DNA of 64,000 nucleotides from an uncultured Gammaproteobacteria bacterium (GTDB lineage Bacteria; Pseudomonadota; Gammaproteobacteria; Arenicellales; JAANXG01): contig CAMYKK010000013.1 in the NCBI GenBank assembly GCA_947258975.1, positions 9,496 to 73,495 of the forward strand. The letters run 5' to 3'. Positions 26,968 to 38,200 of the stretch are shown here, piece after piece. The notes beneath the pieces were generated by a model, which worked only from the letters and a program-made list of their open reading frames with translations, did no database searches and had not been told where the DNA came from. The translations under genes and the position numbers were made by a program. The number at the start of each line of letters is the position of its first letter. Within the stretch, counting starts at the first letter, position 1.

Positions 26968-28067
26968 TGATGGTCAAGCCAGCGAGCCTTGCTGAACATT
27001 TGGAGTGCCACCAAGTCAGCCGGCGCGGGTTCCTAAAGTTCTGCGCACTCACGACCTCGATGATGGCGCTGTCCCCTTCCATGATGCCGGCGGTTGCCCG
27101 CGCGCTCGAAAAGGCACGTCGACCATCGGTTATCTGGCTGTCGTTCCAGGAGTGCACGGGATGCACCGAATCGCTGACCCGCTCCCACTCCCCGACCATT
27201 GAAAATCTCATCCTCAACTACCTCTCACTGGACTACCATCACACCTTGCAGGCTGCGTCGGGGGATGCCGCGGAGCGGGCCAGAGAGGCGGCCATGTCCG
27301 AAAATTACGGACAGTACATACTCGCGGTGGACGGATCGATTCCGGTAAAAGACGGCGGCGTTTATTCCACCATCGCCGGCGTCAGCAATCTCGAGATGTT
27401 GCAGCACACGGTCGCGGGCGCCGCCGCAGTCGTTGCCATAGGATCGTGCGCGGCATTCGGGGGTTTACCGCACGCCCATCCCAATCCCACCGGCGCCGTG
27501 CCGGTACAAGAGCTGGTGCACGACAAGCCGGTCGTGAATGTCTCCGGGTGCCCGCCGATCCCGGTGGTGATTTCAGGTGTACTCGCTCACTATCTCACAT
27601 TCGGCCGCATCCCCGACCTCGACAGCTACGGACGACCGCTGTCGTTCTTTGGCGCCAGCATCCACGACCGTTGTTATCGGCGACCCTACTACAACAAGGG
27701 CCTGTTCGCCGAGACCTTTGATGACGAGGGTGCGAAGAACGGCTGGTGCCTGTTCAAGCTGGGCTGTAAAGGGCCGACCACCTACAACGCCTGCGCCACC
27801 GCGAAATGGAACCAGGGAACGAGTTTTCCTATTCAGTCAGGGCATGGCTGCATCGGCTGCTCCGAGCCCCACTTTTGGGATGCGGGGGGCTTTTATCAAC
27901 CCCTGTCCGCGGGCATCGGCAGTGTGGGCACATTGGCGGGGATGGCGGTCGTGGCCGGCGCCGCGGCGGGGACCGCCGCCGGGCGTTTGCATCAAGCGAA
28001 GCGGAAACAAGCCCAGCGTCAACACGAAAAAGTCACTGTCGCCGACCTCGAGGAGACGGATTCATGA
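26967..28067 (+). CDS. hynS: [NiFe] uptake hydrogenase small subunit (Isp-type, group 1e), Tat signal
   Basis: Tat motif SRRGFLKF. VIWLSFQECTGCTES, GSCAAFGG, VSGCPP and the distal cluster CIGCSEPHFWD. Confidence 0.95.
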   Translation: MMVKPASLAEHLECHQVSRRGFLKFCALTTSMMALSPSMMPAVARALEKARRPSVIWLSFQECTGCTESLTRSHSPTIENLILNYLSLDYHHTLQAASGDAAERAREAAMSENYGQYILAVDGSIPVKDGGVYSTIAGVSNLEMLQHTVAGAAAVVAIGSCAAFGGLPHAHPNPTGAVPVQELVHDKPVVNVSGCPPIPVVISGVLAHYLTFGRIPDLDSYGRPLSFFGASIHDRCYRRPYYNKGLFAETFDDEGAKNGWCLFKLGCKGPTTYNACATAKWNQGTSFPIQSGHGCIGCSEPHFWDAGGFYQPLSAGIGSVGTLAGMAVVAGAAAGTAAGRLHQAKRKQAQRQHEKVTVADLEETDS

Positions 28068-28723
28068 CTAGCGTCGAATTGTTGATCTGGGTCCGCGGAC
28101 CCGGGCTGCAGCTCTCGCTCGCGGCTTTTATCCTGGGCATGACTTACCGGATACTGCAAACCTATTTTCTGGGACGGGCCAAGAACTTGGCGGAACCGCG
28201 GGGATCAGAGTGGGTTCACGGCATAAAGACCATCTGGTGGCGTTCGTTTTTCCATCCGGGCATGACCGTTCGCGGTTATTTCACGATTATCAGCGGTTAC
28301 ATGTTCCATCTTGGATTCATTGTTACCCTACTGTTTTTCGATCAGCATATCGAGTTGTTCAAGAGCTGGACCGGATTGTCGTGGCCGGCACTGCCTCCGA
28401 TCGTGATTACGGTAACCGCGGTATTGGGAATCGCCGCGCTGGTCGCGGTGTTGGTGGACCGCTTCGCCGATCCGGTTCGCTACCTGTTATCAGACTATCA
28501 AGACTATCTGTGTTGGACGTTGACCGTATTACCGCTGGTGACCGGACTGCTGCTTGCATACAAGATTTGGCTGCCGTACACAAGTTTATTGACCGTTCAC
28601 ATCATCAGTTTTGAACTTCTGCTGGTGGCAATCCCGTTCACCAAGCTGAGCCATGTGTTCACCATCTTCATCGCGCGCTGGTACAACGGAGCGATCGCCG
28701 GTTACAGGGGGGTCCAGTCATGA
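28064..28723 (+). CDS. isp1: Isp1: NarI/DsrM-like dihaem b-type membrane subunit
   Basis: 219 aa from the ATG at 28064, with an ATGA overlap with the hynS stop. Five TM helices with conserved His residues. Located between hynS and hynL, as in Allochromatium and Thiocapsa. Confidence 0.85.
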   Translation: MTSVELLIWVRGPGLQLSLAAFILGMTYRILQTYFLGRAKNLAEPRGSEWVHGIKTIWWRSFFHPGMTVRGYFTIISGYMFHLGFIVTLLFFDQHIELFKSWTGLSWPALPPIVITVTAVLGIAALVAVLVDRFADPVRYLLSDYQDYLCWTLTVLPLVTGLLLAYKIWLPYTSLLTVHIISFELLLVAIPFTKLSHVFTIFIARWYNGAIAGYRGVQS

Positions 28724-30009
28724 CCGTATCGGTAGAGCGGGGCATCCAGACCTTGAAAGAGCATATCGATGCTCCGGTGGCATCCTTCTTTACTACTTGT
28801 GTGCACTGCGGGATGTGCGCGGACGCATGCCTTTTCTACACCGAGACCAAAGATCCGAAATACACGCCCATCTACAAGCTCAAACCGATGCGGCGGTTGT
28901 GGCATCAAGAATACACATTTTGGGGCAAGCTGGCCGCGAAATTGGGATTGAGCAAGCCGGTCACCGCCGCTGAGTTGAAGGAGTGGGAAGAACTGGTTTA
29001 CGACAGTTGCACCATGTGCGGTCGCTGTTCAATGACATGCCCGGTGGGCAACGATATTGTCTACATGATTCGCAAAATGCGTGAAGGCATGGTTGCAGCA
29101 GGCTTCGCCCCGGAAGGCCTCAAGGCCGCGACCAAACGTGCAATCACCATTGGCAGTCCCATGGGAGTCAAGTTGCCGGCGCTCAAGAACCAGATCAAAC
29201 ACATCGAGACGGACACCGGACTGACGATCCCCGTGGATGTCAACGGCGCCGAATACATGGCTTTGTTGTCATCCATGGAGATTATGAACTTCCCCGAATA
29301 CATCGGGGCGATCGCCAAGATCTTCCACAGCGCAGGCATCAGTTGGACACTCGCCTCGGACGCATTCGAAGCGACCAACAGTGGTATACAGATCGGTTCC
29401 AGTGATCTTGCCGCCGAACTAGTCGCGCGAGTCGTTGCCGCGGCGGAGCGGCTAAAAGTGGCTTATGTGATCAGCCCGGAATGCGGACATGCGTATATGG
29501 CGCTGCGCTGGGAAGGCCCCAATCTGATCGGGCGGCCCTTCTCGTTCAAGGTCATCCATATTCTCGAGTTACTTGATCAACTGCGGGCGCAAAACCGCTT
29601 ACCGGTAACCGGGAAGATCAAGGAAAAACTCACCCTCCACGACCCCTGTCAGATTGTGCGCCGCGGTGGTGTCGTCGATGAGCCGCGCCGCTTGCTCGAT
29701 ATGGTCGCCGCAGATTTTGAGGAAATGGAGGATCACGGCGTCATGAACTGGTGTTGCGGGGGTGGCGGCGGCGTGAGCGCCAACGAGCGCGCCTCGAAAC
29801 TCAAATTGACTGCGTTCAATCGCAAGCGGCATCAGCTTGAAGCATTGGGCGTAAACACCCTGATCACCGCGTGCGCCAACTGTCGCATCACGCTGGAAGA
29901 AGGTCTGGAATTCAATAATATGGATGTCGTCGTGTTGGGGCTTGCAGAAACCTTGGCCGAGCACCTTGAACAACAGACCTCGAGTTCCGCCACAACCGCC
30001 ACTCAATAA
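28720..30009 (+). CDS. isp2: Isp2: HdrD/DsrK-like Fe-S protein with CCG domains
   Basis: CVHCGMCADAC and CTMCGRCSMTCP ferredoxin motifs. CCG-type motifs HDPCQ and NWCCGGGGG. Confidence 0.9.
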   Translation: MTVSVERGIQTLKEHIDAPVASFFTTCVHCGMCADACLFYTETKDPKYTPIYKLKPMRRLWHQEYTFWGKLAAKLGLSKPVTAAELKEWEELVYDSCTMCGRCSMTCPVGNDIVYMIRKMREGMVAAGFAPEGLKAATKRAITIGSPMGVKLPALKNQIKHIETDTGLTIPVDVNGAEYMALLSSMEIMNFPEYIGAIAKIFHSAGISWTLASDAFEATNSGIQIGSSDLAAELVARVVAAAERLKVAYVISPECGHAYMALRWEGPNLIGRPFSFKVIHILELLDQLRAQNRLPVTGKIKEKLTLHDPCQIVRRGGVVDEPRRLLDMVAADFEEMEDHGVMNWCCGGGGGVSANERASKLKLTAFNRKRHQLEALGVNTLITACANCRITLEEGLEFNNMDVVVLGLAETLAEHLEQQTSSSATTATQ

Positions 30010-30021
30010 CGAGATCTCATC

Positions 30022-31740
30022 ATGAATCAACGTGTCGTCGTCGACCCCATCACCCGGATCGAAGGTCATCTCCGCATTGAGGCAAAAATGGATGAAGACA
30101 CCATCGCCGAAGCATACTCATCGGGGACCATGGTGCGGGGTATCGAGATTATCCTCCGCGGCCGCGACCCGCGGGATGCATGGGCGTTCGCGCAGCGTAT
30201 CTGCGGGGTCTGCACCCTGGTACACGGTATCGCGGCGGTGCGCGCGGTGGAAAACGCCCTCGACTATCGTATTCCCCCCAACGCCCAGTTGATACGCAAC
30301 CTCATGATCGCCGCCCAGTATGTGCACGATCACGTCATGCATTTCTATCATCTGCACGCGTTGGACTGGGTTGACGTCGTATCGGCGCTGCAAGCCGACC
30401 CGAAAGCGACCTCGGAACTCGCCCAGTCGATCAGCGGCTACGCTAAATCCTCGCCGGGCTACTTCGCCGACAAGCAAAAACAACTCAAGCGTTTTGTTGA
30501 AAGCGGACAATTGGGTATTTTTGCCAATGCGTATTGGGGGCATCCCGGCTACAAGTTGCCCCCGGAGGCCAATCTGATGGCGGTGGCCCATTATTTGGAG
30601 GCGCTGGCATGGCAGCGTGATGTCGCCAAGTTACACACCATCTTCGGAGGCAAGAATCCCCACCCCAACTTTCTGGTCGGGGGAGTGCCCTGCCCCATTG
30701 ATCTCAATTCCGATTCCGCAATCAATGCCAAAATACTGGCTCAAGTCCAAGACATCCTCACCCAGATGCGCGAGTTCGTAGATCAAGTCTATGTACCGGA
30801 TACGTTGGCGATCGCCGCGTTTTACAAGGATTGGGGCAGCCGTGGCGAGGGAGTCGGCAACTTTCTCACCTACGGGGATTTTCCTGAACAGGGCATGGAC
30901 GATCCCGCTTCGTACTTGATCCCCGCCGGTGTCATTATGGACCGGGATTTGTCCACCGTGCACGAGGTGGACCTGCACGCCAAGGAACAGATTCAGGAAT
31001 ATATCGCCCACTCCTGGTACGACTATGATGCCGGCAAACAGCAGGGCTTGCATCCGTACGATGGCGAAACCAACATCCATCACACCGGTCCCAAGCCGCC
31101 GTATGAGCACCTCGACGTCGAGCAGTCCTATTCGTGGCTTAAATCGCCCCGCTGGAAAGGCGCGGCCATGGAGGTCGGTCCGCTGGCGCGGGTGCTGATG
31201 CTTTACGCACGCGGTCACGCACAGACGAAAGAACTGGTCGATATGGTATTACAACGTCTTGAAGTCCCGGTTACGGCCTTGTTCTCCACGCTTGGACGCA
31301 CCGCGGCACGCACCCTGGAGACGAAGATCATCGGCGATGCCATGCAGACTTGGTACGACCATCTCATTGCCAATATAAAGGCCGGCGACACCAAGACATT
31401 CAACGCAACGCTTTGGGAGCCTTCGACCTGGCCCAGTCACGCCCGCGGTGTAGGATTCATGGAGGCGCCGCGCGGTGCATTGGCGCATTGGATCGTGATC
31501 AAGGACGGCAAGATCGATAATTATCAAGCGGTGGTGCCCAGCACCTGGAACGCGGGCCCCCGGGATGCCCGGGGTCAACCCGGTCCCTATGAAGCGGCAC
31601 TGGTGGGTCACCAGCTGCTCGACCCCCAAAAACCTCTCGAGATCCTGCGCACCATCCACAGCTTTGATCCGTGTATCGCGTGCGCGGTCCATATCACCGA
31701 TCCCAGTGGCGGAGAGCTCATCAAGGTCAGTGTGTCGTGA
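30022..31740 (+). CDS. hynL: [NiFe] uptake hydrogenase large subunit
   Basis: N-terminal RIEGH…RICGVCTLVH (L1/L2 motifs). C-terminal DPCIACAVH followed by a 15-residue extension (ITDPSGGELIKVSVS) that the maturation protease would remove. Confidence 0.95.
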   Translation: MNQRVVVDPITRIEGHLRIEAKMDEDTIAEAYSSGTMVRGIEIILRGRDPRDAWAFAQRICGVCTLVHGIAAVRAVENALDYRIPPNAQLIRNLMIAAQYVHDHVMHFYHLHALDWVDVVSALQADPKATSELAQSISGYAKSSPGYFADKQKQLKRFVESGQLGIFANAYWGHPGYKLPPEANLMAVAHYLEALAWQRDVAKLHTIFGGKNPHPNFLVGGVPCPIDLNSDSAINAKILAQVQDILTQMREFVDQVYVPDTLAIAAFYKDWGSRGEGVGNFLTYGDFPEQGMDDPASYLIPAGVIMDRDLSTVHEVDLHAKEQIQEYIAHSWYDYDAGKQQGLHPYDGETNIHHTGPKPPYEHLDVEQSYSWLKSPRWKGAAMEVGPLARVLMLYARGHAQTKELVDMVLQRLEVPVTALFSTLGRTAARTLETKIIGDAMQTWYDHLIANIKAGDTKTFNATLWEPSTWPSHARGVGFMEAPRGALAHWIVIKDGKIDNYQAVVPSTWNAGPRDARGQPGPYEAALVGHQLLDPQKPLEILRTIHSFDPCIACAVHITDPSGGELIKVSVS

Positions 31741-31814
31741 AGCAGCAGCGCTGCCGGTGCTGGGCGCCATGTACGGACCGGGGACTCGTGGCGGCAGGAC
31801 CGCGTAGCCCCGTG

Positions 31815-32867
31815 TCAACGAGCACGTTGGTGTCGGGATTGGATATCACCCGTTTCCTGTCGAAGGGTGGAGGGCGATATCTCGCGTTGCACCGCGGCGA
31901 AGCTGCGTGCGAATGCCCCGTGATCCCGTAATGCGCGCGTGAGCCGCGGGATGGCCGCACGCGCTTGGTCCAGATCCGCGAACACGCCGCCCACGACGAC
32001 ATAGCGTTTACCAACCGGCGCGATTGCCGCCACCTGCTCGATCCGGTGACGTACCACGAACTCCCGCGCGGCGCCGCGGGAGCGCAACGTGCCGAGTTGC
32101 ACGGTGTAGTGACGCGGATTTTGCGCCAGAATCCATGCGGTCTCGCGGATGACTGTTGGCTGAATGGTGGCCTGTTGTTGGCCGGCAACCGGCGGACGCG
32201 GCGCCGACTGCTCAGTGTGGTTTGTGCCGATGGCCGCGAGCATCTCGCGGGCCGGCGCGAACCCGGCAGCGGCGGCCGGACGCAACCAGCGGCGCGCCAG
32301 TTGGACGTCGCGCGGCGCGCCCTCCCCGGTGACATAGACGCGCCCCAGATGATATTGGGCCTCGATATGGCCGCCGGACGCCGCCAACCGCCACCAATGA
32401 ATGGCGTTTTGCAGACTTTTCGGCACGCCTTCCCCGCGCTGGAACAATGTCCCGAGATTATATTGCGCGTTAGTGTGGCCGGCTTTCGCTGCACGCTGCC
32501 ACATAGTTGCCGCCGCGGCGAAATCAACAGCAATGCCCGCGCCGCGGTACAGCATGCCGCCCAGGTTATATTGCGCCGGCACGTAACCCTGTTCGGCGGC
32601 ACGGTAATACCACTGCACCGCTTGTTCGGCATCTGTCGCAACGCCGGTTCCCTTCTCCAGCATCAATCCGACGTTATACTGCGCCGCCGCGTCGCCGCGT
32701 ACGGCAAGGCCCACCCAGATCTCGAACGCCTGAAGATAGTTGCCCCGGTCGTGTGCGTCGACACCAGCCGCGAAGTTTTGCGCCTCGCCATGACCTGCCA
32801 GCATCATGCTGACCACCAGCGATGACGCTGCCACGATGCGGAACGCCGTGGAAGGCCCGACAGTCAC
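31815..32867 (-). CDS. Sel1-repeat (TPR-like) protein with C-terminal SPOR domain
   Basis: Signal/anchor sequence followed by 5 Sel1 units (AAQYNVGLMLEKGTGV, PAQYNLGGMLYRGAGI, NAQYNLGTLFQRGEGV, EAQYHLGRVYVTGEG…). The C-terminus HYTVQLGTLRSRGAAREF…YVVVGGVFADLDQARAA is SPOR-like. Confidence 0.85.
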   Translation of the reverse strand: MTVGPSTAFRIVAASSLVVSMMLAGHGEAQNFAAGVDAHDRGNYLQAFEIWVGLAVRGDAAAQYNVGLMLEKGTGVATDAEQAVQWYYRAAEQGYVPAQYNLGGMLYRGAGIAVDFAAAATMWQRAAKAGHTNAQYNLGTLFQRGEGVPKSLQNAIHWWRLAASGGHIEAQYHLGRVYVTGEGAPRDVQLARRWLRPAAAAGFAPAREMLAAIGTNHTEQSAPRPPVAGQQQATIQPTVIRETAWILAQNPRHYTVQLGTLRSRGAAREFVVRHRIEQVAAIAPVGKRYVVVGGVFADLDQARAAIPRLTRALRDHGAFARSFAAVQREISPSTLRQETGDIQSRHQRAR

Positions 32868-33537
32868 GGGCCTGGGTCCCCTGGACGCAGCAGGTCTCTA
32901 CGGCTGCTCGATAACTGCGGTTCAAAATCATCGCGACCGGGCATACAACTTCCAATTACCCTTGCTGTCTTGGGCGCCGCCGTTGGTTTAAAGGGCCGCC
33001 TATCATACGTCAAACAAGGGGATCGAGGTACCGACGGTGAGGAATGTGCGGCGTGACTCCACGAATAGTGGTGATTAAGATGGCTATCTCATGCGCACGG
33101 CTTGATTGAAATGCGTCCGGATGCCATCCTGTTTGACACCAGTCTGTTTTTCTCGCTAGACATCGAGAAATAATGCCGGGCGTCTGGTGGCCAAAGACGA
33201 AAGTTGGTCCATGTGTGGCGCTCAATTTCGGCAGTGCCGGTTACGGACACGGTTGCCGCACGGCACAAAGCATGCCGGGGATTGTTTCCGGCGGCTTTGC
33301 CGCTCGTAGTGGATTGGGCCACACGCCGGCGGCGCTCAATCGAGCGACGGCCACCGGCGTGTATTGTTGTAAAGAGCGGACGCACCAGCAATCTAATACA
33401 ATCTGATTATGAAAAGCCCCGGCATGTGCAGCAAGGTCTGCACGCCGTTCATCTGCGGGGCACAATTGTTTTTGATTCGTAACCATAAAACATACCATGA
33501 TACGGAGTAGTATGACCGGCGTGTTGAGAGGAACGAC

Positions 33538-35169
33538 ATGAGTGAAAAACGGCACGATATGACGCGGCCACCCGATCTGAAACATGGCCAGTTTGCAGGT
33601 CCGCGCCGCATTCGACGCCCCACCTACGTCGATCTTTTGCCCCCATGCAACCAGGCATGCCCGGCAGGGGAAAACATTCAAGGATGGCTGACCCATGCAC
33701 AGCAGGGCCAGATTGAGGAGGCGTGGCGGATACTCATGGCGGACAATCCCATGCCCGCCGTGCACGGGCGGGTCTGTTATCACCCGTGCGAAAACGAATG
33801 CAACCGCAAGCGCCTGGACGCCACCGTCAGCATCCACGCCGTGGAGCGCTTTCTCGGTGATCAGGCGCTCGAACATGGGTGGCTGGTGCGCGCCCGGACC
33901 AAACCAACCGGGAAGCGTGTGTTGGTCGTCGGCGCCGGCCCGAGCGGATTATCCGCGGCCTACCACCTGGCGTACATGGGACACAGCGTAGTAATTTATG
34001 AAGCGGGACCGGTGGCGGGCGGTATGATGCATTTCGGGATTCCCAAGTACCGCCTGCCCAGGGATGTTCTCGATGCCGAGATCCGGCGTATCGAAGCCCT
34101 GGGCGTAAACATCGTGCTCAATCGCAAGGTCGAGGATTTGCTCGCGGAGAAGGAAGAAGGAGACTTTGATGCGTTGTTTGTCGCGGTCGGTGCGCATTTG
34201 AGTAAACGCACCGACATTCCTGCGCGTGACGCCGGGAAGATGCTGGACGCGGTCAACTTCCTGCATGATGTGGAAACCGGCGCGGCACCCAAGCTCGGCC
34301 GCCGGGTGGCAATCTATGGAGGCGGCAACACCGCAATGGACGCGGCACGTGTCGCAAAACGCCTGGGTATTGACGATGCGCTGATTATCTATCGGCGCGA
34401 CCGCGCCCATATGCCGGCCCACGATGCGGAAGCGGACGAAGCCCTGCAGGAAGGAGTCAAAATCCATTGGCTGCGTACCATCAGGGAGATCGACCAGAGC
34501 ACGTTTACTGTTGAGGCGATGCAGATTGACGAAAACGGCCGGCCGCAACCCACCGGTGAACTGGAGACACTGGAAGCGGACACGCTGATTCTCGCGCTGG
34601 GACAGGATGTGGAAACGGCTTTTTTAAAGAACGTGCCCAACTTGACGTTCCACAAAGACGGCACGGTGGAAGTGGACAAAAATCTGATGACTGGATATCC
34701 CGGGCTGTTTGCGGGCGGCGATATGGTGCCGTCCGAGCGTACGGTTACGGTTGCTGTCGGACATGGCAAGAAGGCGGCACGAAACATTGATGCCTACCTC
34801 CGGGGAACAAGCTATTCCCAGCCGGCAAAAAATGATCTGGCCGGCTTCGAAAAGCTACACGTTTGGTACTTCACCGACGCCGCGCAACGACCGCAAAAAC
34901 ATATCGACATCAAGCAGCGGCTCACGAGTTTCGATGAAGTCGTGGGTGGCTTGTCCGCAAAACAGGCCGTGTATGAGGCGCGGCGATGCTTATCCTGTGG
35001 AAATTGTTTTGAATGTGACGGCTGCTATGCCGCGTGCCCGGAAGATGCGGTTATCAAACTCGGTTCTGGCAAGCGCTACCGCTTCGACTACGATCACTGC
35101 ACTGGCTGTGCGATCTGTTTTGAACAGTGCCCTTGCCATGCCATCGATATGGTTCCCGAGCCCGGCTGA
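33538..35169 (+). CDS. GltD/PreT-like NAD(P)H flavoprotein with extra C-terminal 2x[4Fe-4S] ferredoxin domain
   Basis: CNQACPAGENIQGW and VCYHPCENECNR (N-terminal clusters). VLVVGAGPSGLSAAYHLA and VAIYGGGNTAMDAAR (two dinucleotide folds). C-terminal CLSCGNCFECDGCYAACP and CTGCAICFEQCPCHAI. Confidence 0.85.
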   Translation: MSEKRHDMTRPPDLKHGQFAGPRRIRRPTYVDLLPPCNQACPAGENIQGWLTHAQQGQIEEAWRILMADNPMPAVHGRVCYHPCENECNRKRLDATVSIHAVERFLGDQALEHGWLVRARTKPTGKRVLVVGAGPSGLSAAYHLAYMGHSVVIYEAGPVAGGMMHFGIPKYRLPRDVLDAEIRRIEALGVNIVLNRKVEDLLAEKEEGDFDALFVAVGAHLSKRTDIPARDAGKMLDAVNFLHDVETGAAPKLGRRVAIYGGGNTAMDAARVAKRLGIDDALIIYRRDRAHMPAHDAEADEALQEGVKIHWLRTIREIDQSTFTVEAMQIDENGRPQPTGELETLEADTLILALGQDVETAFLKNVPNLTFHKDGTVEVDKNLMTGYPGLFAGGDMVPSERTVTVAVGHGKKAARNIDAYLRGTSYSQPAKNDLAGFEKLHVWYFTDAAQRPQKHIDIKQRLTSFDEVVGGLSAKQAVYEARRCLSCGNCFECDGCYAACPEDAVIKLGSGKRYRFDYDHCTGCAICFEQCPCHAIDMVPEPG

Positions 35170-35245
35170 GTATGTCCGTAAAGACTTTACACATCCATGC
35201 AACAAGAATCGAAGCACACCTAATTCACGGTTATCATAAACGACG

Positions 35246-38200
35246 ATGTCGACCCAGCACGTAATCTTTGACGGCAACGAAGCCGCCGCTTATGTGGCGT
35301 ACAAAACCAATGAAGTTTGCGCCATCTATCCAATAACGCCATCTTCGACAATGGGAGAATTAGCGGACCAGTGGACTACCGAGGGCCGAAAAAACATCTG
35401 GGATAACGTGCCGGTAGTGGTGGAGATGCAAAGCGAGGGCGGCGCCGCCGGGGCCATTCATGGGGCGCTGCAGACCGGCGCATTGAGTACCACATTCACC
35501 GCATCGCAAGGCCTGCTGTTGATGATTCCCAATATGTACAAGATCGCCGGAGAACTCACCTCCGCGGTATTTCACGTGGCCGCGCGATCATTGGCTACGC
35601 AGGGGCTGTCTATATTTGGCGATCACTCTGACGTGATGGCGGTGAGGTCCACGGGGTTCGCCCTGCTGGCCTCCGGCTCCGTCCAGGAGGCACATGATCT
35701 CGCCCTTGTCACCCAAACTGCCACGCTGCGAACGCGTATTCCGTTCGTGCATTTCTTCGATGGATTCCGCACGTCACATGAAGTAAACAAAATCACGTTG
35801 TTAACGGATGACGTAATCAAGGCGATGATTCCCGATGCATTGGTGTTCGCACATCGTGCACGCGGCCTTAACCCGGATCATCCATTTATTCGTGGCACCG
35901 CACAAAACCCAGACGTGTATTTTCAGGGACGTGAAACTGTGAATTCTTTCTATCGTGATGCGCCGGAGATTGTGCAGGCGAGCATGGATCAGTTCACGGA
36001 ACTAACGGGGCGTCCATACGCCCTTTTTGAATACCACGGACATCCCGAGGCCGAACGCGTCATTGTGATCATGGGATCAGGCGCAGAGACGGTGCGTGAG
36101 ACCGTGGATTTCTTGCAGGGAATGGATGCCAAAGTAGGTGTCGTCCAAGTGCGCCTGTACCGGCCGTTCTCTGCCACGCATTTTCTGAACGTGCTCCCGG
36201 CGACGACCAAGACCATTGCAGTGTTGGACCGGACCAAGGACCCGGCTGCCAACGGCGAACCCCTATATGTCGACGTGGTCACCACATTGTCGGAGGCGTT
36301 GTCCGACGGAAACCTACCCTGGCCGGACCTGCCACGGGTGGTCGGTGGGCGTTTCGGCCTGTCTTCCAAAGAGTTCACCCCCGCCATGGTCAAAGGGATT
36401 TACGACGCATTGTCCACGAATACGCCCAAGAATCATTTCACCATCGGTATTCAGGACGACCTGACCCACACCAGCCTCGACTACGACCCCGATTTTGTGA
36501 TCGAATCCGACACCACCGTACGCGCGATGTTTTTCGGTCTCGGCGCTGACGGTACGGTGAGCGCCAACAAGAACAGCATCAAGATAATCGGCGAGGATCC
36601 GCGTTTCTATGCGCAGGGTTACTTCGTATACGATTCCAAGAAGTCCGGATCACAGACCGTGTCTCACCTGCGCTTCGGACCCGAGCCGATTCGATCTACA
36701 TACCTCGTGCAGTCAGCCAATTTTATCGGCTGCCACCAATTCAGTTTTCTTGAAACAGCGGACGTGCTGGCGCGCGCCGCACACGGCGCCACATTTCTCC
36801 TGAACAGCCCTCACGGTCCCGATGAGGTGTGGGAGTTTTTACCTGGATTCGTGCAACAGCAGATTATCGACAAGCAACTTTCCCTTTACGTTGTTGATGC
36901 CTACAAAGTGGCACGTGACGCCGGTATGGGAACCCGCATCAATACAATTATGCAAACCTGCTTCTTCGCGGTCTCGAACGTCCTTCCCAGGGAAGAAGCC
37001 GTTGCAAAAATCAAAAATACGATCAAAAAGACCTATTTTAAGAAAGGCGACGAAGTAGTCCGCAAGAACTTTCGAGCGGTTGATGAGACTCTCGCCAATC
37101 TGTACGCAGTGACGGTGCCCAAACAGGTTACCAATCCAATAACAAAGCGGGAGATCGTGCCTGCTAATGCGCCGGTTTTCGTGCGCAACGTCACCGCGTT
37201 GATGATGGACGGACGAGGAGACGAATTGCCGGTAAGCATGCTGCCGATCGACGGCACCTATCCGAGCGGCACGGCGGCGTGGGAGAAGCGCAACATTTCC
37301 ATGTTCGTGCCGGTGTGGGAACCGGATATATGCATTCAATGCGGCAACTGTGGTCTCGTATGCCCGCACAGCGTCATACGCTCGAAGTTTTATAACAAAT
37401 CTCGGCTCCAATCAGCGCCATCCACATTCCAATCCGCCGCGCTCAGCGGGCGTGGGTTTCCGGACGTGTATTACACGCTACAGGTGTATGTGGAGGACTG
37501 TACGGGTTGTACCCTGTGCGTGGAAGTCTGCCCCGCGAAGAGTAAAGAGAAAAGCGGTGTGAAGGCGCTCAATATGCGTCCTAAACCGCCTGATCTGGAG
37601 CCGGAACGCAACAACATCGACTTTTTCCAGGCGCTTCCGGACAATGATCGAGGACGTGTCGATTTCAGCACCGTGCGCGGTGTGCAGTACCTGCAACCAC
37701 TATTCGAATTTTCCGGGGCCTGTGCCGGATGCGGTGAAACACCCTACCTGAAGCTGCTATCACAATTATTTGGAGATCGCTTGCTGATCGCCAATGCGAC
37801 GGGTTGTTCCTCGATTTACGGTGGCAATCTCCCAACGACGCCATGGGCCGTGAATCAGGAAGGACGCGGTCCGGCGTGGTCCAATTCGTTGTTTGAGGAC
37901 AACGCGGAATTCGGCCTCGGTTTCCAGTTGACGGCGGAAAAACATCGCGCGGTCGCTTACCAACTACTACAGGAATTGCGATCGATACTTGGCGCAGACT
38001 TTGTTGATGACATACTGACGGCGGCACAAGACGAGGAGTCGGAGATCCGGGCGCAACGTGCTCGAGTCAGCGAGCTCAAACAACAACTGGAAACGCTGCA
38101 TAACGCGACCGCGACGCGTCTTCTGTCTTTGGCAGATCAACTCGTGCGCCGCAGCGTGTGGCTCGTTGGCGGAGACGGCTGGGCCTATGACATCGGCGCC

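Noticed and set aside
27806-28063. An N-terminal extension of the isp1 ORF in the track (305 aa) that overlaps the hynS 3' end.
   Set aside because: The extension is Arg/Gly-rich out-of-frame hynS sequence. The ATG at 28064 overlaps the hynS stop (ATGA) and begins the first TM helix.
32868-33537. A 670-bp intergenic region upstream of the GltD-like/PFOR genes, scanned for a riboswitch (for example TPP) or a small regulator gene.
   Set aside because: I found no recognisable riboswitch core sequence and no convincing ORF. Only scattered short stems are present.
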